Origin: Trichomonas gallinae
Taxonomy: Eukaryota
DNA: 49,692 nucleotides
Assembly (NCBI GenBank): GCA_008369845.1
Contig: MRSU01007394.1
Coordinates: 1-49,692, forward strand
Reading direction: 5' to 3'
Shown here: piece by piece, positions 30,501 through 42,042 of the stretch
Numbering within the stretch: position 1 is the stretch's first letter
Layout of the letters: every line of letters begins with the position of its first letter
Position numbers and translations under genes: made by a program
The notes under the pieces: generated by a model
The model's database searches: none
What the model was told of the DNA's origin: nothing
Seen by the model: the letters and a program-made list of their open reading frames with translations, nothing else

Positions 30501-32387
30501 ATGATTGAACGAGTTTTCGCGGCAATTGCAATTTCAATTTGGTGCTGGTTTGGATTTGAAGTAGTTTCATGCTTCTGTGTAACTACATGCGACAAAATAA
30601 CTCGTATTGCCGTGGGGATTCCGGTTGGAATGTATTCATATGCTTGGCTGATTTATTTTTTGAACTTAAAGTACGAATTTAGCACGAAACTAGGGTGGTA
30701 TACGACACTAATATATCTTTTGATTGCAATTATCATTCATTTCGCATTTAAAAAGAAAAAATCTCCACGAAGTTTTCCAATTCAAGATTTAGCGATAGAT
30801 ATTGGATTGCCAATGCTTTTTCTACTGTTGTTCATGAAATTTTCGTTCTTATACAATGGAAATATCACACGCGGAGCAGTTTATGGCGATTTTCCTTTCC
30901 ATATGAACATTATATCATCATTTGTTCATGGATGCAACAAAAACAGGAAGTATTTATTCGATAATTTGTCGCCTTTCTTCGCAGGCGTCAAATTAGCATA
31001 TCCAGTTTTAGTAAACTACCTTTCATCGATTATGATTGGATGCTACGGCTGTAAAATGACAGAAGCAATACTTTACCCGTCAGTTCCAATATGTATCTCA
31101 ATGATGTTATTATTTCATCAAATCGTCGTAATTTTTACGCTTGAAAGCCTTGCATGCGTTTTAGCTCCATGGATTTTTATATGCCTGGGCGGAAGGGGCT
31201 TCTTTAGAATCTTTGTTCCCAAAGCAATTGAAGATACAGGAATTGATTTTATTCATAACTGGGGAGCTGATAGATACGCGTATTGGCTACAGACAGTCAT
31301 TCATGTTCTTCTTCCACAGCGTCTTTCTTTGTTTGGATTGCCACTATCTTATGCTTTCATGGTTATAATAATGAGATCAAATGTTAACTCAATTAAATCA
31401 TATTTTTTAGCAGGTATACTTGTCGGATTGATGCCACAGATCCAAGCGCACGCATTAATAGCCGCTTTCGAGTGGTTATTGGGTTACGCAATAATTAATT
31501 TTCCTTGGAGGAATCCACGCAAGTGGTGGAGACACATAAAGTGCTACATAGCATTAGGAATACCCGCTATTTGCTTAAGCATTCCTCAATTACTGCCGTA
31601 TATCGAGAGATCAACGGAAAAAGGTTTTTTCACTATAAATCCTATATGGAATGACGACAAACTCAATTTCTTTTCGTTGTGGTATGATGGATTATACATG
31701 TTCTTCGTGATTTCCGTTTTTGCTGGTTTCGCCGTCTTGGACAAAAGGCAAATCAAGATGTATCTACCAGCTATGTTCGTCTTCTTTTGCTCGAACATCT
31801 TTCATTATCAGCCGTGGAATATGGACAACTCTAAAGTTTTTTACGCAGGATGGATTCCTTTCGCTTGCGCTGTTGTTTCCATCTACATTCGCTTCATGGC
31901 TTCATCTAGGTATAATTTCATTCAAATCTGCGGCTTCTTCTTGTTATTATCTTGCGTTGCCAGTGGATTACTTTGCTTATTGATCAACATCATAAATTCT
32001 GCTCCACAGTGGAATACTGATGAAGATGTTTACGGATTCGCTGCGAAGGTTATAGAGAAGACTGATCCAAAGGCTGTGTGGCTCGCTGACTCATTCCATG
32101 ATCACCCTGTTGCTACACTTGCAGGAAGGCAGCTATTAGTTGGTTATCGCGGATGGTTAATGTCCCATTTACTCGATGATCGCGAAAGGGAAAGTGAAAT
32201 GATAAGGATAGGAAATAATCCAAATTATACTGATTGGATTGATGAACAAAGCCTTGACATCAGATATGTCGCATACCATAAAACTTCTCATGATGAAATC
32301 TCAAAAGACTTCAATACATCATTAAAATGGAAATTGATCATTGACTATGATGCATGGAAAGTATATGAACGAAATCGCACTACATAA
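30501..32387 (+). CDS. Polytopic membrane protein, putative GT-C-fold glycosyltransferase
   Basis: About 12 or more TM helices, an early loop with YGDFPFHMNIISSF, LLPQRLSLFG, and a soluble C-terminal domain (HPVATLAGRQLLVGYRGWLMSH). The function is inferred from architecture only. Confidence 0.6.
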   Translation: MIERVFAAIAISIWCWFGFEVVSCFCVTTCDKITRIAVGIPVGMYSYAWLIYFLNLKYEFSTKLGWYTTLIYLLIAIIIHFAFKKKKSPRSFPIQDLAIDIGLPMLFLLLFMKFSFLYNGNITRGAVYGDFPFHMNIISSFVHGCNKNRKYLFDNLSPFFAGVKLAYPVLVNYLSSIMIGCYGCKMTEAILYPSVPICISMMLLFHQIVVIFTLESLACVLAPWIFICLGGRGFFRIFVPKAIEDTGIDFIHNWGADRYAYWLQTVIHVLLPQRLSLFGLPLSYAFMVIIMRSNVNSIKSYFLAGILVGLMPQIQAHALIAAFEWLLGYAIINFPWRNPRKWWRHIKCYIALGIPAICLSIPQLLPYIERSTEKGFFTINPIWNDDKLNFFSLWYDGLYMFFVISVFAGFAVLDKRQIKMYLPAMFVFFCSNIFHYQPWNMDNSKVFYAGWIPFACAVVSIYIRFMASSRYNFIQICGFFLLLSCVASGLLCLLINIINSAPQWNTDEDVYGFAAKVIEKTDPKAVWLADSFHDHPVATLAGRQLLVGYRGWLMSHLLDDRERESEMIRIGNNPNYTDWIDEQSLDIRYVAYHKTSHDEISKDFNTSLKWKLIIDYDAWKVYERNRTT

Positions 32388-32844
32388 TATTCATATATTT
32401 TAATTTTTTTTTTGTTTGAATAATAAAATATTTTATATTATTTTTATTAATCATTTTTAACACTACTATCAAATATAAAATTATTCAACATGATTATAAA
32501 TCCAAATATCACGAAAATTAATTTTTCAAAATATATTATGCGATTACAGGGATATGGGGAATTTGACATTTGACTTTTATGCCATAATTTAATTAAATTT
32601 TTATTCCAAATTGATAATGAAACATATTTAATAAAGAATGAAAAATATTAACGAAAACAATAGATTTTTCAAGTATATAGAGCATATAGGTGAAGAAATA
32701 GTGGTTATATAGTTTATCAAGCTCTGATTAATGACCAATTATGAATACAAAAAATTACATCGTTGATTTAAAAACGTGACAAATTTGAGAATCTCATAGA
32801 ATTAATTGATATCATAAAAGTGACAATATTTTTTAAACGTATAC

Positions 32845-34470
32845 ATGCTGAAGGATCGTCGATATTTGATATTCGATTATCCTGACGACCCAGCTGACTT
32901 CGACAACCCTAAGGAAACGACCAAGGTTTATAAATATCTACAAGGATCTTACAATAAGAGGCTTGTTCTTGATATTTTGAAATACAATGGTTTCGTTCCT
33001 ACAGATCAAATGGATTTCAACATTGCTTGGTTGTCGTCACCAGAAGTTGATGAATTACAAACATCTTCTAAGCTCCAATCAATAAATCATTTTCCATATT
33101 CAAAACAAATTCTCGGAAATAAGGCAGAACTTACGCAAATTATACAAAGCAACCCAAATATCAACATGTTCGAGTACTTTTATCCGAAAACTTACATCCT
33201 TCCTCGTGACAGAGATGTTTTATATCGCGTAATGAAATCTAATCCAAGCAAACAATACATTTCTAAGCCTCCTACAGGAAGCTGTGGCCATGGCATCAAG
33301 CTCATTAATTTTTCTGATTTTTACAGTATTCAACACGGATCTGTCGTCAGCGAGTACATTTCTCGTCCTCTCTGCATCGATGGATTCAAGTTCGATCTCA
33401 GGATTTACGTTCTAGTCACTTCTTGGGCTCCACTTCGCGCATTTATTTGCAAAGAAGGATTAGCAAGGTTTGCAACCGAAAGCTACTCAACCGTCACTGA
33501 AAACCCATTCTCACATCTCACGAACGCAACACTAAACAAGCAGGGCGAACATTGGTGCAGCGATTTTAAGTGGAAATTAACAGATTTATTAAACGAAGTA
33601 AATCACAGGTTCAAACGCTCGCAGGGAGAAATCATGAATGCAATAATAGCTGTCGTCTCACAAGCTTTAGCTCTCGTGCAGCCAACAATGGCTCCTGATA
33701 AAAGATATGGCGTTGATTGCCCATTTTTCGAGTTATACGGTTTCGATGTACTTTTGGATCGCGATTTCAATGCATATCTTCTCGAAATTAACACATATCC
33801 ATCTCTTAACACTGATGAAGAGGTGGACTATGAAGTTAAGGCGCCAATGGTTTGCCAGGCTCTTTCCATTGCGGGAATTCTTGATGCAGAATTTTCTGAC
33901 CTCGAAAACGAAGAAAACTTGATAAGATGCAGCGCAGAAGAGCTCCCAGACATTGACGCAGAGATAGTCCGCCAGGAGGACAAGAGAAACGAGCTCTCAG
34001 GCGATGGATTCATCAGGCTATTCCCAGCAGATTTCAACGACGATTTGCAGCAAATTTTGGACAAGCCAAAATATTTCGTCGAAAAATCGAAGAAGCACGA
34101 GAAACTTGATCCTGCAGTTATAGGGCAGGCCTTCAGCACCAAGCAGGGACTAGACTTGCTTGTTGCTTATCTAATGGAATTGGAAGAAAGAATAAGAAAT
34201 GGAGAAGTTGGAAAAAGAACAATGAGTAGATTGGAAGCATTCCTCGATGCACAGGGATACAACACAAAAAGAGCTAACACTCTTATGGAACTTCTCAAGA
34301 ACTACATACAGAAGGCAAACGGATGGGTGGATATGATCCAGAACGGAAAAAGAATCCCGCCAAAAGTTAAAGCAAAAATTCTTGAAAATGGAGACAATTT
34401 CGTTGGACAGATTCTCATCAACACAAACATGAGGAGAGTTAAAGAACCGCAGCTCCTCTTCGGCCTTTAA
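32845..34470 (+). CDS. Tubulin-tyrosine ligase-like protein (probable glutamylase)
   Basis: INHFP, YPKTYILP, ISKPPTGSCGHGI, EYISRPLCIDGFKFDLRIYVLV, EGLARFAT, HLTN, FELYGFDVLLD, LLEINTYPSL. Confidence 0.95.
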   Translation: MLKDRRYLIFDYPDDPADFDNPKETTKVYKYLQGSYNKRLVLDILKYNGFVPTDQMDFNIAWLSSPEVDELQTSSKLQSINHFPYSKQILGNKAELTQIIQSNPNINMFEYFYPKTYILPRDRDVLYRVMKSNPSKQYISKPPTGSCGHGIKLINFSDFYSIQHGSVVSEYISRPLCIDGFKFDLRIYVLVTSWAPLRAFICKEGLARFATESYSTVTENPFSHLTNATLNKQGEHWCSDFKWKLTDLLNEVNHRFKRSQGEIMNAIIAVVSQALALVQPTMAPDKRYGVDCPFFELYGFDVLLDRDFNAYLLEINTYPSLNTDEEVDYEVKAPMVCQALSIAGILDAEFSDLENEENLIRCSAEELPDIDAEIVRQEDKRNELSGDGFIRLFPADFNDDLQQILDKPKYFVEKSKKHEKLDPAVIGQAFSTKQGLDLLVAYLMELEERIRNGEVGKRTMSRLEAFLDAQGYNTKRANTLMELLKNYIQKANGWVDMIQNGKRIPPKVKAKILENGDNFVGQILINTNMRRVKEPQLLFGL

Positions 34471-34750
34471 TTCTTTATTTTTTGAGATTTTTCGTCAAAT
34501 TTTGTGCAAAATGCTGATGATGCTCAAGAAATATTAAATATATTACAGCCACTTCTATTTCACTTATAGGAGTGACAATATAGATTAATTATACATGAAG
34601 TTTTTAAATAAAGGTAATATTGATATTAAAAAGTTTGTTATTAGGCCTCCTCACTAATAACTTGATATCAATATTGTTAATTATCGAGAAAATCGACCAT
34701 TTTACTAATCATTCATTATAAAATATTTTGTTATTTATAAAAAGTCGTGT

Positions 34751-35640
34751 TTATTCTATTTTGAGCGCGTTTTCGAACACTATTTGAAGAAGATGTAAGA
34801 GTGATGCGCAGTTGCTGACGAAGCCGCGAAAAAATTCACCAGAACACTGTAAATTTTTCTTCACACAAATAATGCCGATACTATCTGGGGGAACTGCATC
34901 ACATTTATATGAAGAGAAATGTCGAACGAGGTATACAAAAAATTGATCTGTTTCGATCTGCGATGTTTCAATATTTCCTGATTTACTGAATCTGTCAATA
35001 TGGCAATTTTTGACAATGAACTTGCCAATTTTGCCTTCATTGTTCTTATCAATACGAAATAAATTCTCTGGGTCAGGTTTGTTTCCAAAAAAAGTAACAT
35101 GAGTCAACCGTCAAATTATGCTTACTATTACTATCAACGATGGAACTGTTTGAATTACGATAATCAGAGATTTCGTTGTAAATGATGTTCGAATTCGACA
35201 ACAAGAAATCATCCGAAAACGTATGATCAATGATATAATGATAAATTGCTATATTGTATGCTATAGTCGTGCAGTTGATTGTTGTCAATTGATTGGAACC
35301 GAAAGAATCGTATCCTGGTGCATCATTGCAGTTGTTTTGACTTAAATTTGATGAAGATAATGATAATTTAAAATTACTTTGCTGTGGTGAAACAATGTAT
35401 ATATTGGAAAACTGGTCCAAACCCAATTCAACTCTTGAGTTGAATGCACAAACTCTGTGTTGAACAATGCTACTATTTGCTTAAAAATAAACAGCGCAGT
35501 ATTTGTTGTTTTCTTGAGACTCAATAGAAGGATCTTGTTGGTTTGTGTAGTTGTATGTATATTGTATTTTGTAAAACATGCCCCAAATATCATCCGGGAC
35601 AGTGTCAAAGTGCAAAGAATTAGAAAAATGCTTTCTTTCA
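34751..35640 (-). pseudogene. Disrupted tandem copy of the Cys/Asn/Ser-rich beta-helix-like family
   Basis: LHFDTVPDDIWGMFYK, SSSNLSQNNC, SNIIYNEI, LTVDSCYFFGN, YKCDAVPP and ICVKKNLQC lie in different frames. There is an internal deletion between NKY and IVQHR relative to the neighbouring copy. Confidence 0.88.
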
Positions 35641-35832
35641 ATAAATAAGAGCGATAATTTTTGTATTTGCTCATAGAATAATTCTACGAGGTGCATTCAA
35701 AATCAGTTTCTATTACATACAATATTTTTAAAGGTTTTATAGGTTTGAAAAGTTTACAACCCTTCAAACAAAATCCACGAATCACAAAGAACTTTCATTT
35801 TTTCTTGTATTAACAAAAGCATATAAAATCTG

Positions 35833-36891
35833 TTATATGAAGAAGAAACCGAGTGAGAACGCTGCTAAGTTGATGTATTCATGCAAAAACTCACAAGTAC
35901 ATTGCAGATCTTTCTTAACGCAAACTATATTATTCATAGCGACTTCGTAGTATTGGAAAGGCATTACAGCATCACATTTGTACGAAGCTAAATGGGCAAG
36001 AAATACTGATGATGTATCTTTGATGATATTATTGGTTTCTACTTTTATATATTCACTGAATTTGTCAACGTGGCTGTCTTTGACGATGATTCTGCCAATT
36101 TCGCCATTATAGTTATTATAAAGACCAAATAATTTTCCTTGGTTAGGATTATTTCCAAAAAAGCAGCACGAGTCAACTGTCAAACTATCTTTACTACTAC
36201 TGACAACGATGGCACTGTTTGATACTTCTGTAATTTCATTATTGATGATGTTCGATTTCGTCAATAAGTAGATTCCTGAGGAAGAATGACTGATAACGTA
36301 GCCTTTAGCTGTGTTGTTTGAGACAGTCGTGTAGTTGACCATTGCAGATGGATTTGACTCTTGAAATACATATCCTGGCCCCTCCTGACAGCTGCATTGA
36401 CTCGAATTTGATGAAGATAATAATCCTGCGCCATTAGATGCTATAATAGCATAACTACCACCCGACTCCTGTGAACCACAGTGTGATACTGAGCATTGAA
36501 CGAGATAATTGAAATTTGTATTATTAAAAACTTGAGTACTCGAATATATACCTTCATTAGATGTAATTGAGCCGTATGCGCAGAATCTATGTTGAACAAT
36601 TTGACTGTTTCCTATAAAGTAAACAATTCCTCCAATATCTGAGTTAGAGTTGTCATGGAAAAGGCAGAAACTGTGAAGGAAATCAACAGAATCTTTCGTA
36701 GCTGCATAGATACATCCATTTTGCTGATTTTTGAAAACGCAGTTGTAGACGAAATATTTTTTATTATCTGCTATGACTTCAAGAAAAGTATTGACTTCAT
36801 TTGTGTGGTTGTCTGTAGGCGTGGTTTTATAAAACATACCCCAGACATCAGCTGGGGGAGCGTCAAAGTGCAAAGAAAGCGAAAAAATTAT
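35833..36891 (-). CDS. Cys/Asn/Ser-rich putative beta-helix protein with hydrophobic C-terminal tail; start codon uncertain (ATA at 36891, first ATG at 36837)
   Basis: About 350 codons of open frame. Repeated CxFxxN/xxNN turns, an FHDN...GGIVYF segment, and a terminal INLAAFSLGFFFI. It may be a nascent pseudogene. Confidence 0.65.
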   Translation of the reverse strand: MIFSLSLHFDAPPADVWGMFYKTTPTDNHTNEVNTFLEVIADNKKYFVYNCVFKNQQNGCIYAATKDSVDFLHSFCLFHDNSNSDIGGIVYFIGNSQIVQHRFCAYGSITSNEGIYSSTQVFNNTNFNYLVQCSVSHCGSQESGGSYAIIASNGAGLLSSSNSSQCSCQEGPGYVFQESNPSAMVNYTTVSNNTAKGYVISHSSSGIYLLTKSNIINNEITEVSNSAIVVSSSKDSLTVDSCCFFGNNPNQGKLFGLYNNYNGEIGRIIVKDSHVDKFSEYIKVETNNIIKDTSSVFLAHLASYKCDAVMPFQYYEVAMNNIVCVKKDLQCTCEFLHEYINLAAFSLGFFFI

Positions 36892-38627
36892 GTTAATGAA
36901 GCTTTTTGATATTTGAGTCTTTTTGAAGTAACTGCATTAGAATCAATCTGGCATTTCCGAGCCTCTCAACATGGACAAAGAACATCAACCATCTCCGCTT
37001 CAAAATTTTTGATTATCAACTTTTAAGTCATTTTTGTGTCATTAGTCACATGAAAAGAGCATCACATCATGCAGCACCAGCATATTAATTATACACAATT
37101 GGTCACTCTCGAAAAAGTTAAATTTGATTCTTTGTGACTTTATCGATTTCTATCCTTTTTCATTGCTTTGATTCATAGTACGCGATATATCTAGTATAAA
37201 GGCATGCAAAAACATTGAAACACAAAAATTCTTTTGTGATGAAAAATGTGCTGAGGATACATATGCATATGGTTTATAACAGTGGAAGTCAAATAAAGAA
37301 AAGCGCTCTGTTCGCAGTTGCCCATACTGGTATTGTGTTGATACTCTGTAAGAAATCAACAAAAGATTGTTCTATATGTATTGTTTACAGCATCTATACA
37401 TCATTTGAGGCTGAATTTCTAGCAGAAAATCAAATTTAAAAGTATACCACCATCTTTATCTTATTATCAGTCATTATGATATTAAAAATATAGCTATATA
37501 GCTGTACAGAGTATAAATAATAATTGCACGACATGTACATGATTAAATTGCACATATTACACGTAGAATGATTGCTGAATATCGATTTTTTTTCGAGCAT
37601 TCCTTTGTATGCGCAATATGAAATCCACTTTTTAAAAGTGACATGATAAAAACGCCTCCTGCAGCATCATATAACGTTCCAAACTCCTAAATGCTAGTAC
37701 ATGTATTTAGAATAAGAGATGCAGAATAATTTTGCCGTAGAATGTCTTTTCTCGATTGAAGTTGTTGTAACGATATTTTGATTTTTAGTCGATACTCATT
37801 AAAATCCGTCATACTTCTACAGTGAGTTCCTAAGTGACTCACAGGATATTTGGCGTCAAAAAAATATACCAATAAAATTATATAAATAAATAGCGCTGAA
37901 ATCTCTCCCAAATCCGTGGTCCAAATCCAGCTCACTACAAACACAAAGAATAAGCTAGCTAGATTTTCCACCGTACGTTTTCTTTCAAGATTCGATATTT
38001 AAATTGAACGTTGTGCTTACAGAAAATTCCCAAGGAATTTGTATATTTGTAGTGTATACGCTTATATTACAACTAATTCAAACGAATCTGAACATTTTTC
38101 ATCTAGTATGGTTTCCAAATTTTAGATTTACGATTTCAATTAATATATCTGCTAAAATGATTTACACTCAACATATACATCTCAATATTGTCAACACGAT
38201 TTACATTTTTCATAATTAATATAAATGGAAAAAATGTAACTTGTCGATAACAACATTTTTACAAGCAAATACAAACAATACACATGGTTATCTGTAATAT
38301 GTTGCTCTTAAACAATTAAGAATGCTGCAATTAAGATACGATATTCTTAATATTTGCTTCAAAGCACCACTAACCACAGATGTTCATACATTCGTATAAA
38401 GATTATATTTTATACATTAAATATGACTACTGATGAAAATTTTTTTAAATCAAATTATCTCCAAAACAAACGTACGGCGAGGAAAGTCACTGTTAGATAC
38501 AATGTTCCCCTATGCCATATATATCCAATGGGCATGGTTTCGAGTCGAATTTTCATTATTTATCATAGATCTACATAGTATTCAAAATTTTTTCTTTAGT
38601 AAAATGTTTTGTGAATACCATGAATGA

Positions 38628-38690
38628 AAAATATGTTGCATCTTTTTCAGAAAACCGCTCCCCTCTTCTGAAAAAGTTGCAACATATTTT
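38628..38690. repeat. Inverted repeat/hairpin: 25-bp arms with one mismatch and a 13-nt C-rich loop
   Basis: aaaatatgttgcatctttttcagaa - aaccgctcccctc - ttctgaaaaagttgcaacatatttt. Confidence 0.9.
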
Positions 38691-40048
38691 CTAAATTATT
38701 AATGAATATGCATATCATCAATTCGTTATATTGTATAATAAATGAAATCAATATTAAAACAAAAACAATTTTTCATGAAAATGAAATTTCGCGAAAATAA
38801 AGTTATTTAACATTGAGAATACGATATATGTGCATACCATGGGATTCTTATCATAGCAAAAAAATGAGATCCAGCAATATTCTCAAATTCGAAAATCATT
38901 CCTAATTTGCACATTATTATAAACAATCTATCTATTTTATCTTTGAGGATAAATAATGGGCACAGCAAACACAATTTTTTATTAAAGATTGATTTTGAAA
39001 GTACACCATTCAAAATAAATGACCAATTTTGAGTATCATCCAATTTTAGCATCATATAAAGCTATATTTCTTGCGAAATGAAATCAGTTCCGAAATTCTA
39101 TGAGAATGCCGGTAAAATTCGCGATTTATAAATGTAGTTAAATGATTAGGTTATATAAATTGACAAATTTACCGAAGAAAAATCATTTTCAAAGTATTGA
39201 GGCATGTTTTTAAATTCTGAAGTTATTTTTTTAAATATCATATTCAAAATGTCAAAAATTTACAATCAAATTTTAATATTTTAATTGACAATATTAAATA
39301 TAACCGATGTATTTTAATATCAATTTTTTTGAATTAATAAATTATGATTATCAGTATAAATATATCAATGTTTTTCGATTTAATTTTGAAAGCGTAATTA
39401 GTTTTTGATAGGAATGTGTGGTTTTCCATAAAATTTTGAGAAGGTTATATTTTAATTTTTTCTGAGTTCTAAAATCTGCGAATAAAGAGGATTCCGCTTG
39501 CCATCACTCAGTATAACCCTAAACAAATGCAGGAACTTAAATTTTAAATTTATTTTCAAAAATTATTATATTTTTGAATTTTAATTTAGAATTTCCAGAT
39601 TATTACTTAATATCAGGATGATTGGTACATTATATGCTTACATGCTTGATATTTTCAAATTTCAAAAAACATTTTGTTTTCCAATCAAAACGTCCTCGAT
39701 TAAAATCAATGCTACCATACAACGATATACAAAACATACTATTAATTCATTATAACATTGTTCCTTCAATTTGTTCCTTTTCGAATGATTTCTATCATTT
39801 TTTTGTAGTATTTCAGCATTGCTTTTGTGGACGCAAATTATGATATAACAAGGAAATAAATGTTGGAAGTAATTCTCGATTTATTTAGGATTTATTTTTC
39901 GATAAAATTGTAATTGTTTTCATTTTGCTTTCATGAGATTCAGGCAATCATACGTATTCCTAATATACATCTATTTTTATGATATATTCATATTTCTTTT
40001 TGATCGAAAAAAATTAATATTGAAACTAATTTCTTTTCTAACATTTTA

Positions 40049-40486
40049 TTAATGACGATTTAACAAGATTGATAAAGAATAAGGATCTGGACTAGATGAT
40101 TGGTTTATTGGAGAAGAGTGAGCTTCAGTGATTGATTGAACCACATTCACCTGGCATATATTTTCACTCGTTCTACCGATGTTCAATGTCTTCAAGACAG
40201 GTTGAATTTTGTCCCAATTTTCTGCATACCAACATAATAATGCGGATCTGTTTCGTTTTGCAAGTCTGTCTAAAGATAAGCCATGCTTGTCCATTATTAT
40301 CTTAGCTAACGAATTAAGAATCAATGTGTTAACGTGAGTACCAAAGAATCGGTCCAAGAATTCTGAAATGAATTCGAGTTTTCCTTCATTTTCCTGAATT
40401 CGCTTCTGTATCTTCTCGTAATCTCTCACAGTCTGGCTGTGATGGAATCTGTTGCGCTTGAATGACTTAGAGCCAGCAATCATCAT
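40049..40486 (-). CDS. Small conserved hypothetical protein (paralog of 15530-15946); putative transcription regulator
   Basis: QTVRDYEKIQKRIQENEGKLEFI...FG..V...LDRLAKRNRSALLCWYAENWDKIQP...YSLSILLNRH aligns across its length with the 15530 ORF. Confidence 0.8.
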   Translation of the reverse strand: MMIAGSKSFKRNRFHHSQTVRDYEKIQKRIQENEGKLEFISEFLDRFFGTHVNTLILNSLAKIIMDKHGLSLDRLAKRNRSALLCWYAENWDKIQPVLKTLNIGRTSENICQVNVVQSITEAHSSPINQSSSPDPYSLSILLNRH

Positions 40487-42042
40487 AATAAGAATTTTTT
40501 TCAGAGCTTTTTGTGTAATTGTCTATATTTACACTGCTATACAAATACAGCATTTTGTCACAAGGAATATAAAATCGAATCAAAATTTTCAATACCTTCC
40601 ATAGAATTTCAAAAAATTTTGCATTGAATTAAATAAAATTAATTTCGAGAAAAATTACCAAACACATGATGAGGAGCAGAAATTAATTCTGACCAACATT
40701 CTGAATCCATTTGAATACGAAATTTTCTGCTTGTTCACAAAATGGAGGTTTATTCAATTTCAGTCCACGAGAATAATAAAACCAGCATATATCTAGTACT
40801 ATTTATTTCTTTATGAATCAAAATTGGTCGAATATTTAAAAAAATTATTTTTTTTTAATTTCGTAAAATAGTCATTATGTAGCCGCTTGTTCTTTTTATT
40901 CTGCTTTCATGTGCCTTACCGTATATAATATTCCCGGCCGCCCTGTAAAAAGATCAAATAATCGTGAGAAAGTGACAAAAGATAAACGAAATAATTATTT
41001 TTTAGTCTTGAAACTTGCTTCATATGCCTCAGTATCGTAATAAAGCCCTATTTTCAACTCGATTGAAGAATTAGGGAAAACTTTCATTTTCTTTCTCAAA
41101 AAATTCAAAGCTCAGAAAATCGATATAATGGGTGTTGAAATATGCTTGTATTCGGTATCTGTGTGCTATGTTTGATTTACAACGTTGAAATTTGACCACA
41201 TTCCAAATTTTACTCCCAATTTTTTTTTACTTGATGGGCCATCGTACGTCACACTCGGAATTTGAAATGCATGCATGAACGTATATATGATATCATTACT
41301 ATTTTTTAACGAAGGCCAGATTTTTATCAAAAAATAGTTGAATTTGTATCACTAAAAAAAAAAAAAATAAGATATGGGATTGTATGCCACTATTGCATAT
41401 AAATTATGTTTCATAGAATGTTTTTATTCGCAAAATAGATCATTATTCTCAAAGAAGTTGGAATTACAAATTACAGACTATGCAAAATATCTCAAAATTA
41501 CATAAGAATTTCATATCTTTTCTGCGCAGAAAAATCATTGTTTATTCAATTGTTATGCAAATTTTATCTAATTTATTTTAAACAATATTGCTATGTTTTC
41601 AATGCTTTTGTTACAATCCTTAAGTTCTCAGGTTATAGCAGTTCAACACAAATTACATAGTTATTCAATTCTACTCTCATCATTAAAAATTAAGCTACAC
41701 ATAAACATATACTATATATACATAGAGTACTCAAAAATCACAATACTATGATCTCATATTCATTCTCCATCATTGTTGTCTCGTTCAAAATCAACAAACA
41801 AACAAAAAAATATAATAACAAAAATCACAAGTTTCCTCAATGAGTAATAAATCTAAATCAAGATGGACCAGATGATATGATTCTATAGGTTGTGTGTCAT
41901 AAATTCAACCAGATTAAATGTTGAACAAATTGTTATTCTATGAACTGTGATGAAAAATTTTTAAGATCATGAATTTTAATTTTTGCCACGTAAATTGTGT
42001 TTTTGACGTGTAAAAAGTGGAAGTTTAAAATTAAAATTAAAA

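Noticed and set aside
37687..39843. Short 64-94-aa ORFs in the gene-free interval
   Set aside because: AT-rich random-like composition, several with non-ATG starts, and no recognisable motifs.
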